Below the pieces are notes generated by a model. It saw only the letters and a list, made by a program, of their open reading frames with translations, did not search any database and was not told the origin of the DNA. The position numbers and the translations under genes are program-made. Of a DNA stretch of 64,000 nucleotides, positions 47,906-58,134 are shown one piece after another. How positions within the stretch are numbered: position 1 is the first letter of the stretch; every line of letters starts with the position of its first letter. Source of the DNA: a virus; the IMG/VR virus record IMGVR_UViG_3300045970_000591, positions 32,001 through 96,000 of that record, one strand, 5' to 3'.

Positions 47906-50749
47906 ATGGCTAACAATAACAAACCAATGATTGATTTACCGTTCTTTGAACTGTGCAACCAAGCGCCGGTGGCATCATCGGCAGTAACATGTATGACAAC
48001 AGTGGAAGACGGCAGCGACCGATATATCTACTACATGGTGTCAGCAGCATTTTACAGATATGATACCGTTGCGGATACATGGCAGCTTTTGGCTACACCG
48101 CCGTTTACTCCGGCAGCAACGGTATCAATGCGCTATACAACCTTCCGTGGCTTTCATGGTAGGGTATTGGGCGCCACAGGTACAACCGTGACAATACCCG
48201 GTCTTCGTGGTCCAACACTAAACGGCAAAACGATAAAGATTCTGCAAGGAACAGGTATTGGTCAAGAGCGCGTATTGACTTATACAGGTGAGACCATTCA
48301 CGCCGCAGGTGTTATCACAGCAACGTTAACAAACTATCTTCAAGACAATACTAAGAAATGGGAAATAAACCAGTGGTCAGGGTATATGGTTGGTATTACA
48401 TTCGGCACTGACGCAACCCAATATAAAAAGTGTATTTATAATGATACCAATACGCTGTATTTTTACGACATAAACCTACAACCACACGACCCGTGGAACA
48501 ATCAGCCGTTTGCTGCTACAGCACCATACGCAGTGCCTGTCATAACAGCCGGCGCCCAGGCTCACTATCTGGTTATGTCATCTTCCTTCACTGTACCTAC
48601 ATGGACTGTGACGCCTGACTCAAGCTCATATTTTACCACAACTACCGGTGGCATATACATGGTATGTTCGTACACAGCAGCACCTTGGTATCTTATGTAC
48701 TATTACGATGTTATCGCAGACTCGTGGTCAACTCGGACTGTGCTACAGGGACTGAAAGTTGCCGCGTTCGGTACTGATATGTCGCTGGAAAGAACTGCTA
48801 AACTTGGTGGCCCTTATGTGTCTAAACTGGGCACAACATCGGCAACGATACGAACATTATCGGACTCCGGATTGGCATTGACGCCAATGAGATACAATAA
48901 CTATCGTGTGGTAATAACCGGCGGAACGGGTGTAGGACAAAACAGACGTATTGTGAATCATACAGCCACAACATTCACCATACCTAAGAACTGGGATGTT
49001 ACACCAGATGCTACATCAACCTACGAAGTGTGGCCCGACTTTGACAGACTATACCTGGGTGGTGACGGTGGCGCAGCAATGTATGCTTACTCACCCGAGG
49101 GCGACTTTTGGATGCAAGGCCAATCATTTGACGACGGTATGACTGTAAATGCAGCAGCAACAATGAACGGATGGAACCCTGTTGGTATTGCTACAGGTGT
49201 AAGAATTGCAGCTGGTGTTACAGCCGTGAATCCAGTACCAACAGCAGGTGGTGCAAACTATGCCATTGGCGACTTTCTAACTTGTTCTGTCATTGGTACA
49301 GGTGCTCAAGTAGTTGTAACATCTATTTCTGCAGGTGGTGTTGTTACAGGAGTTCGCCTTGCACACTCTGGCACTGTTACTGGTTTTACAACAGGTGTAG
49401 GTAAGGCAACAACCGGTGGTGTAGGAACCGGTTGCACCATAGAGATTACAGCAGTTGGCGCAACAGCACTCATTACAACCTCATCCGTTCATTGGTTTGA
49501 GTATGGGGATACGATTACATTCTCTGGGCTTGTTGAAGCAGCGTGGAACGCGGCATATACAATCATCGGGGTAAACTCATTAACATCGTTTAGTGTAGCA
49601 GCACCAACTACCATCGGGTCAATGACAGCAACTTCAATACAAAGTATCACTGTGATAGTTGATAGTACCAAGAACTGGATAAACAACGAACACGTAGGCC
49701 GCCTGGTTCATCTATCGGTGGCAGGTCAGATACCTACATCACAGGTAAGATGGATTCAGTCTAACACACAAACAACGCTCACTGTAGCAACGATTGTTGC
49801 AGGTGTAACTGGTACCAGCAAGTATTGTATATATGACTCAAAGGTATTTGGTATTGACGATCAGCGTAAAGAGACAGGAATGTCCGGCTACGGCATGGCA
49901 TCATCTGGTTCCACAACAACGCTGGCAGACAGCAGCAAAGGCTGGATTCCTAATCAGTGGGTTGGATATCTATTCAAGATAGAAGCCGGTACTGGGTACG
50001 GCTCGGGAAGGATAGCTATTACAGCAAACTCTACAAATACGCTTACATTTGCTACGCAAACTTTCACCCCTGACACAACAACAAAATATGAGATTGCAGA
50101 TGCATGGGGCATAGCATCATCTGGCGCCTTGAGCACCATAAACGAAATAACCTATAAAAACTGGGTTGTAAATCAATGGGCAGGTAAGCGCGTAAAAATT
50201 ATTGCTGGTACCCTGCAAGGTACAGAGGCAGTTATTTCCTCTAATACTGCAACCGCACTCACTGCTGTCGTGGGTACTCCAGATGCGACATCAGTATATG
50301 CCATTTATAGCATACCGGGGCGTGGTCAAAATACCCAACTAATGTGGATGTGGGGTGCAAGCGATGCAGCAAAGAAAGGTAGGTTTATGTTTTCTGTAAG
50401 GGGTGGATCATCTAACTCTGCCGACATTTATGATATAACAACTGGTAGATGGACCTTTGGTTATTTCTTTTCACCACAGGCTGAACTATTTGTTACCGGT
50501 TCCTCTTATGCATATGACGGAGCCGATACAATCTATATGTCACGTTCTTTGCTTAATGCACCTATTCGTATTTTCAAATACAATATAAACACAAATAAGT
50601 TAGACGGTGCCGGAACAACTACTATTTTAAACAACACCGTTACTATTGGTAATATGATGGAGATTGTTGATAGTTCAGATTCGTTGTGCAGCTATCTATA
50701 CGTGATGCAAAATACAGGAACGATCCTATGTAGAGCACTGCTGTTTTAA
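47906..50749 (+). CDS. Large beta-rich virion protein with DxxKxWxxNQWxG repeats and propeller-like segments
   Basis: Four to five copies of L.D..K.W..NQW.G...I..GT..G.......NT...LT. Kelch-like YRYDT..D.W and DIYDITTG.W segments. Confidence 0.55.
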   Translation: MANNNKPMIDLPFFELCNQAPVASSAVTCMTTVEDGSDRYIYYMVSAAFYRYDTVADTWQLLATPPFTPAATVSMRYTTFRGFHGRVLGATGTTVTIPGLRGPTLNGKTIKILQGTGIGQERVLTYTGETIHAAGVITATLTNYLQDNTKKWEINQWSGYMVGITFGTDATQYKKCIYNDTNTLYFYDINLQPHDPWNNQPFAATAPYAVPVITAGAQAHYLVMSSSFTVPTWTVTPDSSSYFTTTTGGIYMVCSYTAAPWYLMYYYDVIADSWSTRTVLQGLKVAAFGTDMSLERTAKLGGPYVSKLGTTSATIRTLSDSGLALTPMRYNNYRVVITGGTGVGQNRRIVNHTATTFTIPKNWDVTPDATSTYEVWPDFDRLYLGGDGGAAMYAYSPEGDFWMQGQSFDDGMTVNAAATMNGWNPVGIATGVRIAAGVTAVNPVPTAGGANYAIGDFLTCSVIGTGAQVVVTSISAGGVVTGVRLAHSGTVTGFTTGVGKATTGGVGTGCTIEITAVGATALITTSSVHWFEYGDTITFSGLVEAAWNAAYTIIGVNSLTSFSVAAPTTIGSMTATSIQSITVIVDSTKNWINNEHVGRLVHLSVAGQIPTSQVRWIQSNTQTTLTVATIVAGVTGTSKYCIYDSKVFGIDDQRKETGMSGYGMASSGSTTTLADSSKGWIPNQWVGYLFKIEAGTGYGSGRIAITANSTNTLTFATQTFTPDTTTKYEIADAWGIASSGALSTINEITYKNWVVNQWAGKRVKIIAGTLQGTEAVISSNTATALTAVVGTPDATSVYAIYSIPGRGQNTQLMWMWGASDAAKKGRFMFSVRGGSSNSADIYDITTGRWTFGYFFSPQAELFVTGSSYAYDGADTIYMSRSLLNAPIRIFKYNINTNKLDGAGTTTILNNTVTIGNMMEIVDSSDSLCSYLYVMQNTGTILCRALLF

Positions 50750-50758
50750 AAGGTAAAA

Positions 50759-52849
50759 ATGGCGTTAATCGACAAGGATATACTAATAACCCCTAATAAG
50801 GGTGGACCACTTGATCCGCAGATAACATTTTCGGGGGCAGATGCTGCCACGGCCGCCCAAGATATTGTTTTACAAGTATATCCTACAAATAATGGTACTC
50901 TATCGTTTGAAGGAAGTGCCGGTCAGTTATTTTCTATAACAAATAGTTTAACAGGGACAATATTTTCAGTTAATGATGTATCAGGTATCCCAAGCATAGA
51001 GGTTCTGGATACAGGGTTAGTAAAACTCGCCCAGTATGGTGGAAATATAGTTATCGGCTCGAGTGTAGATGGTGGCCAAAAGTTACAAGTAAATGGTATA
51101 ACCAAAACATTAGGATTACAAGGTAATGTTGTTTCTAAAACAGGTGCATATGCAGTAACAGCGAATGATCTACTAATAATGGTAGATTCAACAACTGCAC
51201 CTATCACAGTAACACTACCGAGCGCAGTTACATATACTGGTCAAATATACACTGTAAAAAAGAGTGATAGCACAGCAAATGCAGTTACCATAGCAACTAC
51301 TTCTGCGCAAACAATAGACGGTGTAACTACTCGCACATTATCAGCACAGTATGATCAGATTGTGGTACAATCAACAGGAACTAGTTGGGCTATAATAGGT
51401 ACATCGGGCTATAGTGGTTACAGTGGAAAGTCGGGATACAGTGGATTTAGTGGAATAAATGGGGCATCTGGCGTAAGTGGCTATAGTGGAATAAATGGGG
51501 CATCTGGCGTAAGTGGCTACAGTGGAATAAATGGAGCATCTGGCGTAAGTGGCTACAGTGGGTTCAGTGGAACAAGTGGCTACAGTGGGTTCAGTGGAAC
51601 AAGTGGCTACAGTGGTTTCAGTGGTGTAAGTGGCTACAGTGGTTTCAGTGGTGTAAGTGGCTATAGCGGTAAATCGGGTTATAGTGGTTTCAGCGGAACA
51701 AGTGGCTATAGTGGAATAAATGGAGCATCTGGTGTAAGTGGCTATAGTGGTGTATCGGAAGGCCTCGCGTTTTTATTTAACACCACAACAACTGTTACCG
51801 GTATAACAACAGGCACAATAAGATTTAATAATATAGCATATGGGTCGGCTACCACAGTGTGGATATATGATGCTGATAGGAGTGGATCAACACTCGGCCC
51901 TACCTTAAATAATATAAAGGTCGGTGATTCGATAAACATATTGGCAGAAGGTAATGATAGTATATTTGCAGACTTCGATGTTGTGTCGAATGTTGATTCA
52001 GGCAACTATCATACATTTACTGTCACATCTTCGTCGTGGTTAAATACCTTTACAAATGGTCAGCCGGTTAGGTTACAGCACAGTCATATAGGCGCAAGTG
52101 GCTACAGTGGGTTCAGTGGCTATAGTGGAATAAATGGTACCAGTGGCTATAGTGGAACAAGTGGCTACAGTGGTTTCAGTGGCGTAAGTGGTTACAGCGG
52201 AACAAATGGCGCATCTGGTATAAGTGGCTATAGTGGTTTCAGTGGTATAAGTGGCTATAGTGGTTTCAGTGGTGTAAGTGGCTATAGTGGTTTCAGCGGT
52301 GTAAGTGGCTACAGTGGAATAAATGGAGCATCTGGTGTAAGTGGCTATAGTGGGTTCAGTGGTTATAGCGGAACATCTGGCTACAGCGGAATAAACGGAC
52401 CGTCCACTGCTATCAATGCTACAGCACAGACAACAGGTACATATTATGTAGTTGGTGTGGCATCGACGGGAACTGCACAAACACCGAGCGCAGTTACAGC
52501 ACAACCAATCAACTTTGACGCTGCGACAGGCACGCTGAATGCGGTTATTTTCAACACAACCTCAGATATTACACAGAAAACAAACATATCGAATATCGAT
52601 AATGCTGTAGATATTGTTAATAATCTACAAGGTGTAGAGTTTAACTGGATTAGAAATAATAATAAGTCATCGGGTGTCATTGCACAACATATAGAAAAAG
52701 TATTACCTCACTTAGTTGATACAGATGCCAATGGATTAAAGAGTGTCAACTATGCAGGTATAAATGGGTATTTGATAGAGGCTGTTAAAGAACTATATTC
52801 TGAAATACAAATATTAAAGGCATTAAATAATAGCAAGGATGTGAAATGA
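50759..52849 (+). CDS. Fibre protein with G-X-S repeats and peptidase S74 chaperone
   Basis: TLSFEGSAGQLFSIT.SL.G.IFSVND.SGIP N-terminus, two SGYSG blocks, SD...K.NI...GVIAQ.IE...P...VNY.G...LIEAVKEL. Confidence 0.8.
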   Translation: MALIDKDILITPNKGGPLDPQITFSGADAATAAQDIVLQVYPTNNGTLSFEGSAGQLFSITNSLTGTIFSVNDVSGIPSIEVLDTGLVKLAQYGGNIVIGSSVDGGQKLQVNGITKTLGLQGNVVSKTGAYAVTANDLLIMVDSTTAPITVTLPSAVTYTGQIYTVKKSDSTANAVTIATTSAQTIDGVTTRTLSAQYDQIVVQSTGTSWAIIGTSGYSGYSGKSGYSGFSGINGASGVSGYSGINGASGVSGYSGINGASGVSGYSGFSGTSGYSGFSGTSGYSGFSGVSGYSGFSGVSGYSGKSGYSGFSGTSGYSGINGASGVSGYSGVSEGLAFLFNTTTTVTGITTGTIRFNNIAYGSATTVWIYDADRSGSTLGPTLNNIKVGDSINILAEGNDSIFADFDVVSNVDSGNYHTFTVTSSSWLNTFTNGQPVRLQHSHIGASGYSGFSGYSGINGTSGYSGTSGYSGFSGVSGYSGTNGASGISGYSGFSGISGYSGFSGVSGYSGFSGVSGYSGINGASGVSGYSGFSGYSGTSGYSGINGPSTAINATAQTTGTYYVVGVASTGTAQTPSAVTAQPINFDAATGTLNAVIFNTTSDITQKTNISNIDNAVDIVNNLQGVEFNWIRNNNKSSGVIAQHIEKVLPHLVDTDANGLKSVNYAGINGYLIEAVKELYSEIQILKALNNSKDVK
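51398..52399 (+). repeat. Two Ser-Gly-X repeat blocks (about 51398-51755 and 52091-52399) flanking a globular insert
   Basis: 27-nt unit AGTGGAATAAATGGGGCATCTGGCGTA recurs among the 9-nt units. Confidence 0.88.
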
Positions 52850-54876
52850 CACAATACTTAGATAAGTTCTTAGGTGGTATGGGTGTAAGTGGATATAGCG
52901 GTATAAGCCCTACACTTACTGCCACATATAATAACTTTGCAATCGGCACAGGTGCATTGGCATCAAATACAACAGGTAATAACAATGTTGCGATAGGTAT
53001 AGGCGCATTATGTAAAAATACAATCGGTTATAATAACTTTGCAAGCGGGTACACGGCACTCGCGGCCAACACCACAGGTGCCAATAACACGGCTATAGGA
53101 TGCAAGGCACTCGCGGCCAACAATATAGGCAAGAATAACTTCGCCCAAGGCTACTATGCGCTCCTAAACAATACAATCGGCAGTTATAACTTTGCCCAGG
53201 GATCCTATGCGCTCTATGGCAACACCACCGGCAGTAATAACACGGCTATAGGGACCGGGGCACTATACTGCAACACCACTGGCATCAATAACATCGGTAT
53301 CGGTTGCCGTTCACTATTCAATTCAAACTCTACCGGCACCAACATAGGTATCGGCTACAATGCAGGTAGTTCTATCACAACTGGTGTTAACAACACCGTC
53401 ATAGGTTCTCTTGTAGCAGCCGCAGGCTGCGTCTGTACTTTACTACTTGGTGCAGGGACCTGCGAACGCATTCGAGTAGATAGCAGCGGTTTATATATTA
53501 ATAATGCAATATGGAACTGTGGTACACCAACGTTAACACCAACATACAATAATCTAAACATTGGCACGGGTGCATTGGCATCAGTTACAACCGGTAATAA
53601 TAACTTTGCAGTCGGTATAAATGCGTTATGTACGAATACAGTGGGTATTGCCAATATAGCAATAGGATGCGGTGCGTTAAAGTCTAATACATATGGTTTC
53701 TTTAATATTGCACTAGGGCCGTGTGCGTTATGTACCAACACCTCGGGCAGCTCTAACTTCGCTGCCGGATATGGTTCCCTTATATTCAATACCTCGGGGA
53801 AATCTAATGTTGCCATAGGGTGTCAGACACTATATTATAACTCAACCGGTTGTCATAATGTAGCCATAGGGTGTAGAGCACTATTTTCCGCCACCGGTGG
53901 TATAAACAATATTGCAATGGGCGAATACGCCCTCACCAATACAACTACCGGGCAAAATAACATTGCACTAGGATATTGGACACTACGGTGTAATACAACA
54001 GGCAGCTACAACTTTGCCTTCGGAACATATACTCTATATCAAAACACAACAGGATATGATAATTTTGCTGTAGGTTATAGAACTTTAACCAGTAATACAG
54101 GTGGCATGCACAATGTAGCATTAGGCCAGTGTGCTATGATTTGTAACACCACCGGATGTAATAACTTCGCTGCAGGGCCGAGTGCCAATCAATACGGGGT
54201 AACAGGATCAGATAATATTTCTATCGGTGCATGTGCCTCATATTATACTGCTGGTTCCTGTAATATTGCAGTAGGTGGAATGTCTCTGCGTAATAACTAT
54301 TATGGTTTAGGCAGTGTTGGTGTAGGGTACTGTGCATTATATGGAAGCAACTGTAGTTTTAACACAGCCATAGGGAATCTCGCCGGTTGGACAAATACAA
54401 CTGGTGTAAATAACTCATATATCGGCAATGGTGCTGTAGGACTCACAGCCACATCTGCCAATACTGTTACTTTAGGTAACAACAGTATCACAACCCTAAG
54501 AGCCCAGGTAACCACTATAACTGCACTATCTGATGCAAGAGATAAGAAAGACATCGTTGATATCCCTTTAGGACTCGACTTTATCAATCAAATCAGACCC
54601 GTGAAGTTTACATGGAATATGCGTGACGGGAGTAAAGTAGGCCAGGGATACGCAGGTTTCATCGCACAAGAACTGAAACAAGTAATGGACTATCACCAAG
54701 TCAAGGATTGGCTTGATTTAGTACTCGAAGACAATCCCGATCGATACGAAGCCGCACCAGGCAAACTACTGCCTATCATTGTTAAAGCAATCCAGGATTT
54801 GTCTAAAGCAAATGATAAGTTAAAGGCACAAGTTGCCGACAATACAGCTAAAATAGAAAAACTGCTTGCAGGTTAA
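52846..54876 (+). CDS. Fibre/adhesin with 17-aa Asn/Cys repeats and peptidase S74 chaperone
   Basis: Paralog of the 38538 and 59559 genes; shared LLGAGTCERIRVD..GLY.N linker and near-identical chaperone. Confidence 0.8.
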   Translation: MTQYLDKFLGGMGVSGYSGISPTLTATYNNFAIGTGALASNTTGNNNVAIGIGALCKNTIGYNNFASGYTALAANTTGANNTAIGCKALAANNIGKNNFAQGYYALLNNTIGSYNFAQGSYALYGNTTGSNNTAIGTGALYCNTTGINNIGIGCRSLFNSNSTGTNIGIGYNAGSSITTGVNNTVIGSLVAAAGCVCTLLLGAGTCERIRVDSSGLYINNAIWNCGTPTLTPTYNNLNIGTGALASVTTGNNNFAVGINALCTNTVGIANIAIGCGALKSNTYGFFNIALGPCALCTNTSGSSNFAAGYGSLIFNTSGKSNVAIGCQTLYYNSTGCHNVAIGCRALFSATGGINNIAMGEYALTNTTTGQNNIALGYWTLRCNTTGSYNFAFGTYTLYQNTTGYDNFAVGYRTLTSNTGGMHNVALGQCAMICNTTGCNNFAAGPSANQYGVTGSDNISIGACASYYTAGSCNIAVGGMSLRNNYYGLGSVGVGYCALYGSNCSFNTAIGNLAGWTNTTGVNNSYIGNGAVGLTATSANTVTLGNNSITTLRAQVTTITALSDARDKKDIVDIPLGLDFINQIRPVKFTWNMRDGSKVGQGYAGFIAQELKQVMDYHQVKDWLDLVLEDNPDRYEAAPGKLLPIIVKAIQDLSKANDKLKAQVADNTAKIEKLLAG

Positions 54877-54897
54877 GTATGTATATAAATACGTTGT

Positions 54898-57800
54898 ATG
54901 ACGTATTCTATCATTATCCCTACCTATAATCACTGTGAAGATTTCTTAAAACCGTGCTTAGAATCTATCTTTCGGTATACTGATTTATCTGATGTTGAGA
55001 TTATTATATCAGCAAATGGTTGTATAGACAACACAAAAGCATATGTAGACAGCCTACCATACAATGTTAAACTTGTCTGGTCTGATACCGCAACGGGCTA
55101 CACAAAAGCAACAAACGATGGCATAAAAGTTGCAACAGGTGATTACATTATTTTAATGAATAATGATGTTGTATTATTACCACAGGAAACAAATACCTGG
55201 TTGCATATGCTATGTAATCCTTTCATTGATGGGAAAGTTGGTATAACAGGGCCTATGAAGTTTAGTTGGGACTGTGGTGGAATACAATATGATGGTATGG
55301 CATTCTGGTTAGTTGCAATACGAAAAGAGGTATTTGCAAGCATAGGTATATTAGATGAAATATATTCTCCAGGGATGGGGGAGGATGGAGATTTTTGTAT
55401 AAGGGCGACAAGCTCAGGATATACATTAGTTAGCGTACCAAACGATGTAAAGACTGCATTCGGTGCCGGCCCTGGTCACGATGCCTTTCCGATCTACCAC
55501 GCCGGCAATGGTACATTTGCTGATGATGAAAGACTCAAGAATGATATCATAGAGAGAAATAATAAGATTTTGGCAAATAAATACGGCAAGAAGAAATACA
55601 GTATTGTTATCCCGACTTATAATCATTGCGACGATTTATTGAAACCGTGCATTGAATCTATTATTGAACACACCGATTTAGATAACACAGAGATTATTGT
55701 TGTGGCAAACGGGTGCGAAGATAATACACACATATATGTTAGTAGTTTGGGAGATTTAGCCAAACTTATATGGGTTGACGATGCAATAGGTTACACGAAA
55801 GCCACTAATATAGGTATACAAGCTGCACGCGGCGAGTATATAATACTGCTAAATAACGACACGATGTTTTTAAGTCAGGAAAAGAATACCTGGATAAGAT
55901 TATTAGAAGCACCGTTTATAAATCCTAAAATGGGTATTACCGGCGTATTAGAAAACTATGATCCGTATGCCGATGCAAAGTTTCTTGTATTCTTTTGTGT
56001 AATGATACCTAAAAAACTATTTAATGAGATAGGTATATTAGATGAGATTTTTAGTCCAGGGTACGGGGAAGATATTGATTTTTCGTTAAGAGCAGCAAAA
56101 GCAGGGTATTCTTACAAAAGTGTAGATTCGTTCATATATGTTAATGGAAATACGCATACAACATACCCTATTTGGCATAAAAATAATAAGACATTCGGTG
56201 AGATATCCGAATACAGCACAAAGATAGTAGTCAGAAACAGTGCTATATTGGCACAAAGATATGGAAAAAAGATGAAAAAATATAGTGTAGTTATTCCGAC
56301 ATATAATCATTGCGACGATTTATTAAAACCGTTGGTAGATAGTATTATTAAATATACCAACTTAGATAATATTGAGTTTATCATTGTTGCAAATGGTTGC
56401 ACAGATAATACAAAAGCATATGTTGAAAGTTTAGGTGCGCCATTTAAGTTGGTGTGGTCAACTGACGCAATAGGATATACAAAAGCAACCAACTTAGGTA
56501 TTAAGGAATGTAACTCAGAGTTTGTTATTTTATTAAATAATGATACCGAGTTATTAAGTCAAACAAAGAACGATTGGCTAAAGATATTAGGAGCGCCCTT
56601 TGCAGATGAAAAAGTAGGCATGGTTGGCCCGTTAGAAATGTTTGATAGATACTCAAACCATCATGTGCTTATATTTTTCTGTGTTATGATTCGTAAGAAA
56701 CTATTTGACGAGCTTGGTTTGTTAGATGAGATTTATTCACCGGGCGGCGGGGAAGACATTGACTTTACTATTCGCGCCCAAAAAGCGGGATGGAAGACAA
56801 TGCCTACCTCTATACCAACATATACAGCATCTGTAAAAACAAATGTAGGCGATTTTCCTATCTGGCATAAAGATAATCAAACGTTTAGGGATATCCCGGA
56901 ATATACAAAAAGCATTATTAAAGTAAATGGCTTACTAAACTGCAAAAGATACAATGATAATATTAAGCTAAATCTTGGAGCAGGCGGCATAGATTATGAC
57001 GGGTTCTTGTCAGTTGATATGTATGATAAGCGGTCTAACATTCCAATGGATATAACAAAGTTAGATTTCGATGATAATACCGTTGTAGAAATAATGGCAT
57101 CACATGTATTTGAACATTTGAATCCATATCACTCTGTGGCGATTTTGCAAGAATGGTTGCGTGTGTTGAAACCAGGCGGCAAGTTAGCAATGGAAATGCC
57201 CGATATTGAAGCACTATGCAAGAGTTTCTTAGCTGAAAAGGATTACTACAAGAAAATGGGTATTCTAAATGCAGTCTATGGAAGTGTAAATACAACTGAT
57301 GTAGGCGGTCCAGACGAGATAACAAGCCCGCATTTGTTCGGGTGGTGGCCAGAATCGTTGTTTAACCACTTACAGGCAGCGGGTTATATTGATATTACTT
57401 TTCACCCAGAGAAATGGCCGCACCCGTGTGATAACCTGCGCGTAGAAGCATATAAGCCATCGATTACGATTGATAAGGATAATCTAAAAGCACAGGAGCC
57501 AAATACATATCACGAAATATTTGAACAAAATACATATGGTGTAGAAACAGCAGAAGTGCGCGGTAAGACTGTTATTGACATTGGTGCCAATCTTGGAATG
57601 TTTTCGCTATCTTGCTTATCAAGAGGCGCAACAAAACTCATAGCAATCGAAGCGCAACCCACAGTATATAACTTAGGTATGCTTAATAATATTGCTCCTT
57701 ATCCTGCTATTATTCCGTTAAACTATGCTGCATCTGATGTAGATGGTGCTATAGTTCATATTCCTAACGCACACGTTGCATCAAGGGTAGGCGGCACCGA

Positions 57801-58134
57801 TGGTGATGCGGTAGAAACGATAACATTGGCAACGGTGTTAGATAGATATAATATTATTGGTGATGATTTAGTAATGAAGATTGATTGCGAAGGATCAGAG
57901 TTCAACATATTATTACCTGCACCAACAGAACTGCTTCGTAGATTTAATATAATCTATATGGAAGTGCATGCCAATACAAACGAAAACCCTGCATATCACG
58001 ATGTAAAACTTATAGAAAACAAAATGATTGCATCGGGATTTAATCTTGCTAAGAGATTTACATATTACTCATATAACGAGAAGGGTGAGTCATTCCATAT
58101 TGGCGTGTATGTTGAAAAATGGGTGCGCGTATGA
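54898..58134 (+). CDS. Five-domain protein: three GT2 glycosyltransferase domains, class I SAM methyltransferase, FkbM-type methyltransferase
   Basis: YSI(I/V)IPTYNHC(E/D)D.LKP occurs three times, each with LxNND and GEDxDF. Then LNLGAG...ASHVFEH...RVLKPGG. Then IDIGANLG...MKIDCEGSE. TAAATA at 54886-54891. Confidence 0.88.
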   Translation: MTYSIIIPTYNHCEDFLKPCLESIFRYTDLSDVEIIISANGCIDNTKAYVDSLPYNVKLVWSDTATGYTKATNDGIKVATGDYIILMNNDVVLLPQETNTWLHMLCNPFIDGKVGITGPMKFSWDCGGIQYDGMAFWLVAIRKEVFASIGILDEIYSPGMGEDGDFCIRATSSGYTLVSVPNDVKTAFGAGPGHDAFPIYHAGNGTFADDERLKNDIIERNNKILANKYGKKKYSIVIPTYNHCDDLLKPCIESIIEHTDLDNTEIIVVANGCEDNTHIYVSSLGDLAKLIWVDDAIGYTKATNIGIQAARGEYIILLNNDTMFLSQEKNTWIRLLEAPFINPKMGITGVLENYDPYADAKFLVFFCVMIPKKLFNEIGILDEIFSPGYGEDIDFSLRAAKAGYSYKSVDSFIYVNGNTHTTYPIWHKNNKTFGEISEYSTKIVVRNSAILAQRYGKKMKKYSVVIPTYNHCDDLLKPLVDSIIKYTNLDNIEFIIVANGCTDNTKAYVESLGAPFKLVWSTDAIGYTKATNLGIKECNSEFVILLNNDTELLSQTKNDWLKILGAPFADEKVGMVGPLEMFDRYSNHHVLIFFCVMIRKKLFDELGLLDEIYSPGGGEDIDFTIRAQKAGWKTMPTSIPTYTASVKTNVGDFPIWHKDNQTFRDIPEYTKSIIKVNGLLNCKRYNDNIKLNLGAGGIDYDGFLSVDMYDKRSNIPMDITKLDFDDNTVVEIMASHVFEHLNPYHSVAILQEWLRVLKPGGKLAMEMPDIEALCKSFLAEKDYYKKMGILNAVYGSVNTTDVGGPDEITSPHLFGWWPESLFNHLQAAGYIDITFHPEKWPHPCDNLRVEAYKPSITIDKDNLKAQEPNTYHEIFEQNTYGVETAEVRGKTVIDIGANLGMFSLSCLSRGATKLIAIEAQPTVYNLGMLNNIAPYPAIIPLNYAASDVDGAIVHIPNAHVASRVGGTDGDAVETITLATVLDRYNIIGDDLVMKIDCEGSEFNILLPAPTELLRRFNIIYMEVHANTNENPAYHDVKLIENKMIASGFNLAKRFTYYSYNEKGESFHIGVYVEKWVRV

